Source of the DNA: Cyanobacteria bacterium LVE1205-1
GTDB lineage: Bacteria; Cyanobacteriota; Cyanobacteriia; CAIUCS01
Assembly (NCBI GenBank): GCA_041879355.1
Contig: CP089922.1
Coordinates: forward strand, 379,910-443,909
Direction: 5' to 3'
DNA: 64,000 bases
The translations under genes were made by a program, and so were the position numbers. How positions within the stretch are numbered: position 1 is the stretch's first letter; each line of letters begins with the position of its first letter. This document shows positions 63,487 through 64,000 of this stretch, one piece after another. The notes below the pieces were generated by a model. It was not told where the DNA came from and ran no database searches. It was given only the letters and a program-made list of their open reading frames with translations.

Positions 63487-64000
63487 ATGGAACCTCCCCT
63501 CTCAACTTATCTGGCGATGGCACTGACTCCAATCACCTTGGGGGTTATGTTTAAGCTTTATTCTCCCCGGTTTGGCTGAAGTGATTTCTAGGCGGCACAT
63601 TATTCAACAAGTCGTTGAATCAGTTTTAGTCACCCCCCATCTAAGATAGTGGTCACCAAGCTTACCTTGCAAGGGGAGTTTGGGTTGGCCCGATGGAGCA
63701 ATGGCTCCATGACTGGCATTGTTGCCCTAACTGCACCATCGGGGCGATGGCAGATTACACCGTTGAGTAACAACCCCCTAACCGTTGGGGGATTCAGTCA
63801 CACAACCCACATCCCCCAGACAGTTGCCCATCAATTGTTGGTACGACAAGGGCTGATTCGGGCAACCCAGCCATTGGTTACCTCTTTGTGTAAAACTACA
63901 GAGAATCTTTTTTTAGCAGTGGAGACTGCAAGCTACCGAATTAGCATTTGCGGTCAAGATCAGCCAACTGTCTATGTGGGAGCGGAAACGAAACGACCCC
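63487..64000 (+). pseudogene. hypothetical protein, 3'-partial, apparently read through three frame segments
   Basis: From ATG 63487: MEPPLSTYLAMALTPITLGVMFKLY. Then a shifted ILPGLAEVISRRHIIQQVVESVLVT. Then back to the first frame: SKIVVTKLTLQGEFGLARWSNGSMTGIVALTAPSGRWQITPL..., open to the window end. No family was recognised. Confidence 0.25.

Noticed and set aside
1-64000. CRISPR arrays, rRNA, tmRNA, RNase P RNA and prophage or defence islands.
   Set aside because: No non-coding gap exceeds about 460 nt and there are no regularly spaced repeats. I could not find the conserved cores of these RNAs (e.g. GAGGAAAGTCCGGGC, or the tmRNA acceptor end) on either strand.

Overview
This is a cyanobacterial chromosomal segment. 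The evidence is dozens of HIP1 octamers (GCGATCGC), a phycocyanin operon cpcB-cpcA-cpcC-cpcE, an NblS/Hik33-type sensor kinase, and green-lineage genes such as CRR6-like, DUF2499/DUF3593 and DUF751. GC is roughly low-to-mid 40s by eye.

I can support about 62 protein genes and one tRNA-Gly(CCC). There is no rRNA, no CRISPR array and no recognisable defence island. Content is mostly housekeeping:
- Lipid, purine, threonine, biotin and CoA metabolism.
- recO, lspA, dps and tldD.
- A GltIJKL-type amino-acid ABC transporter, an RND pump, a copper P-type ATPase and several glycosyltransferases.

The dominant unusual signal is that about one gene in three is split between reading frames, with 26 frame changes that I could place. 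By frame arithmetic 22 are net -1. Almost every net -1 junction I resolved lies in a short homopolymer run, and protein sense is preserved on both sides. This looks like homopolymer under-calling in the assembly rather than biology. One in-frame TAA in exbB is not explained this way. I therefore give merged spans, typed as pseudogene, for the broken genes.

Mobile DNA is present only as wrecks and miniature elements:
- Two or three IS200/IS605 TnpB-tail or omega-RNA-like right ends.
- A broken tnpA.
- A 170-bp element with terminal inverted repeats (TIRs), in two copies.
- Two MITE-like elements and a short REP-like repeat family.

The most system-like candidate is a translationally coupled ParA-type ATPase plus a ParB-N-like, Q-rich coiled-coil, HhH protein. 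It could be a partition or cargo-positioning module. I did not find a convincing new multi-gene system.

All product calls come from motif and family recognition by eye. No database search was possible.
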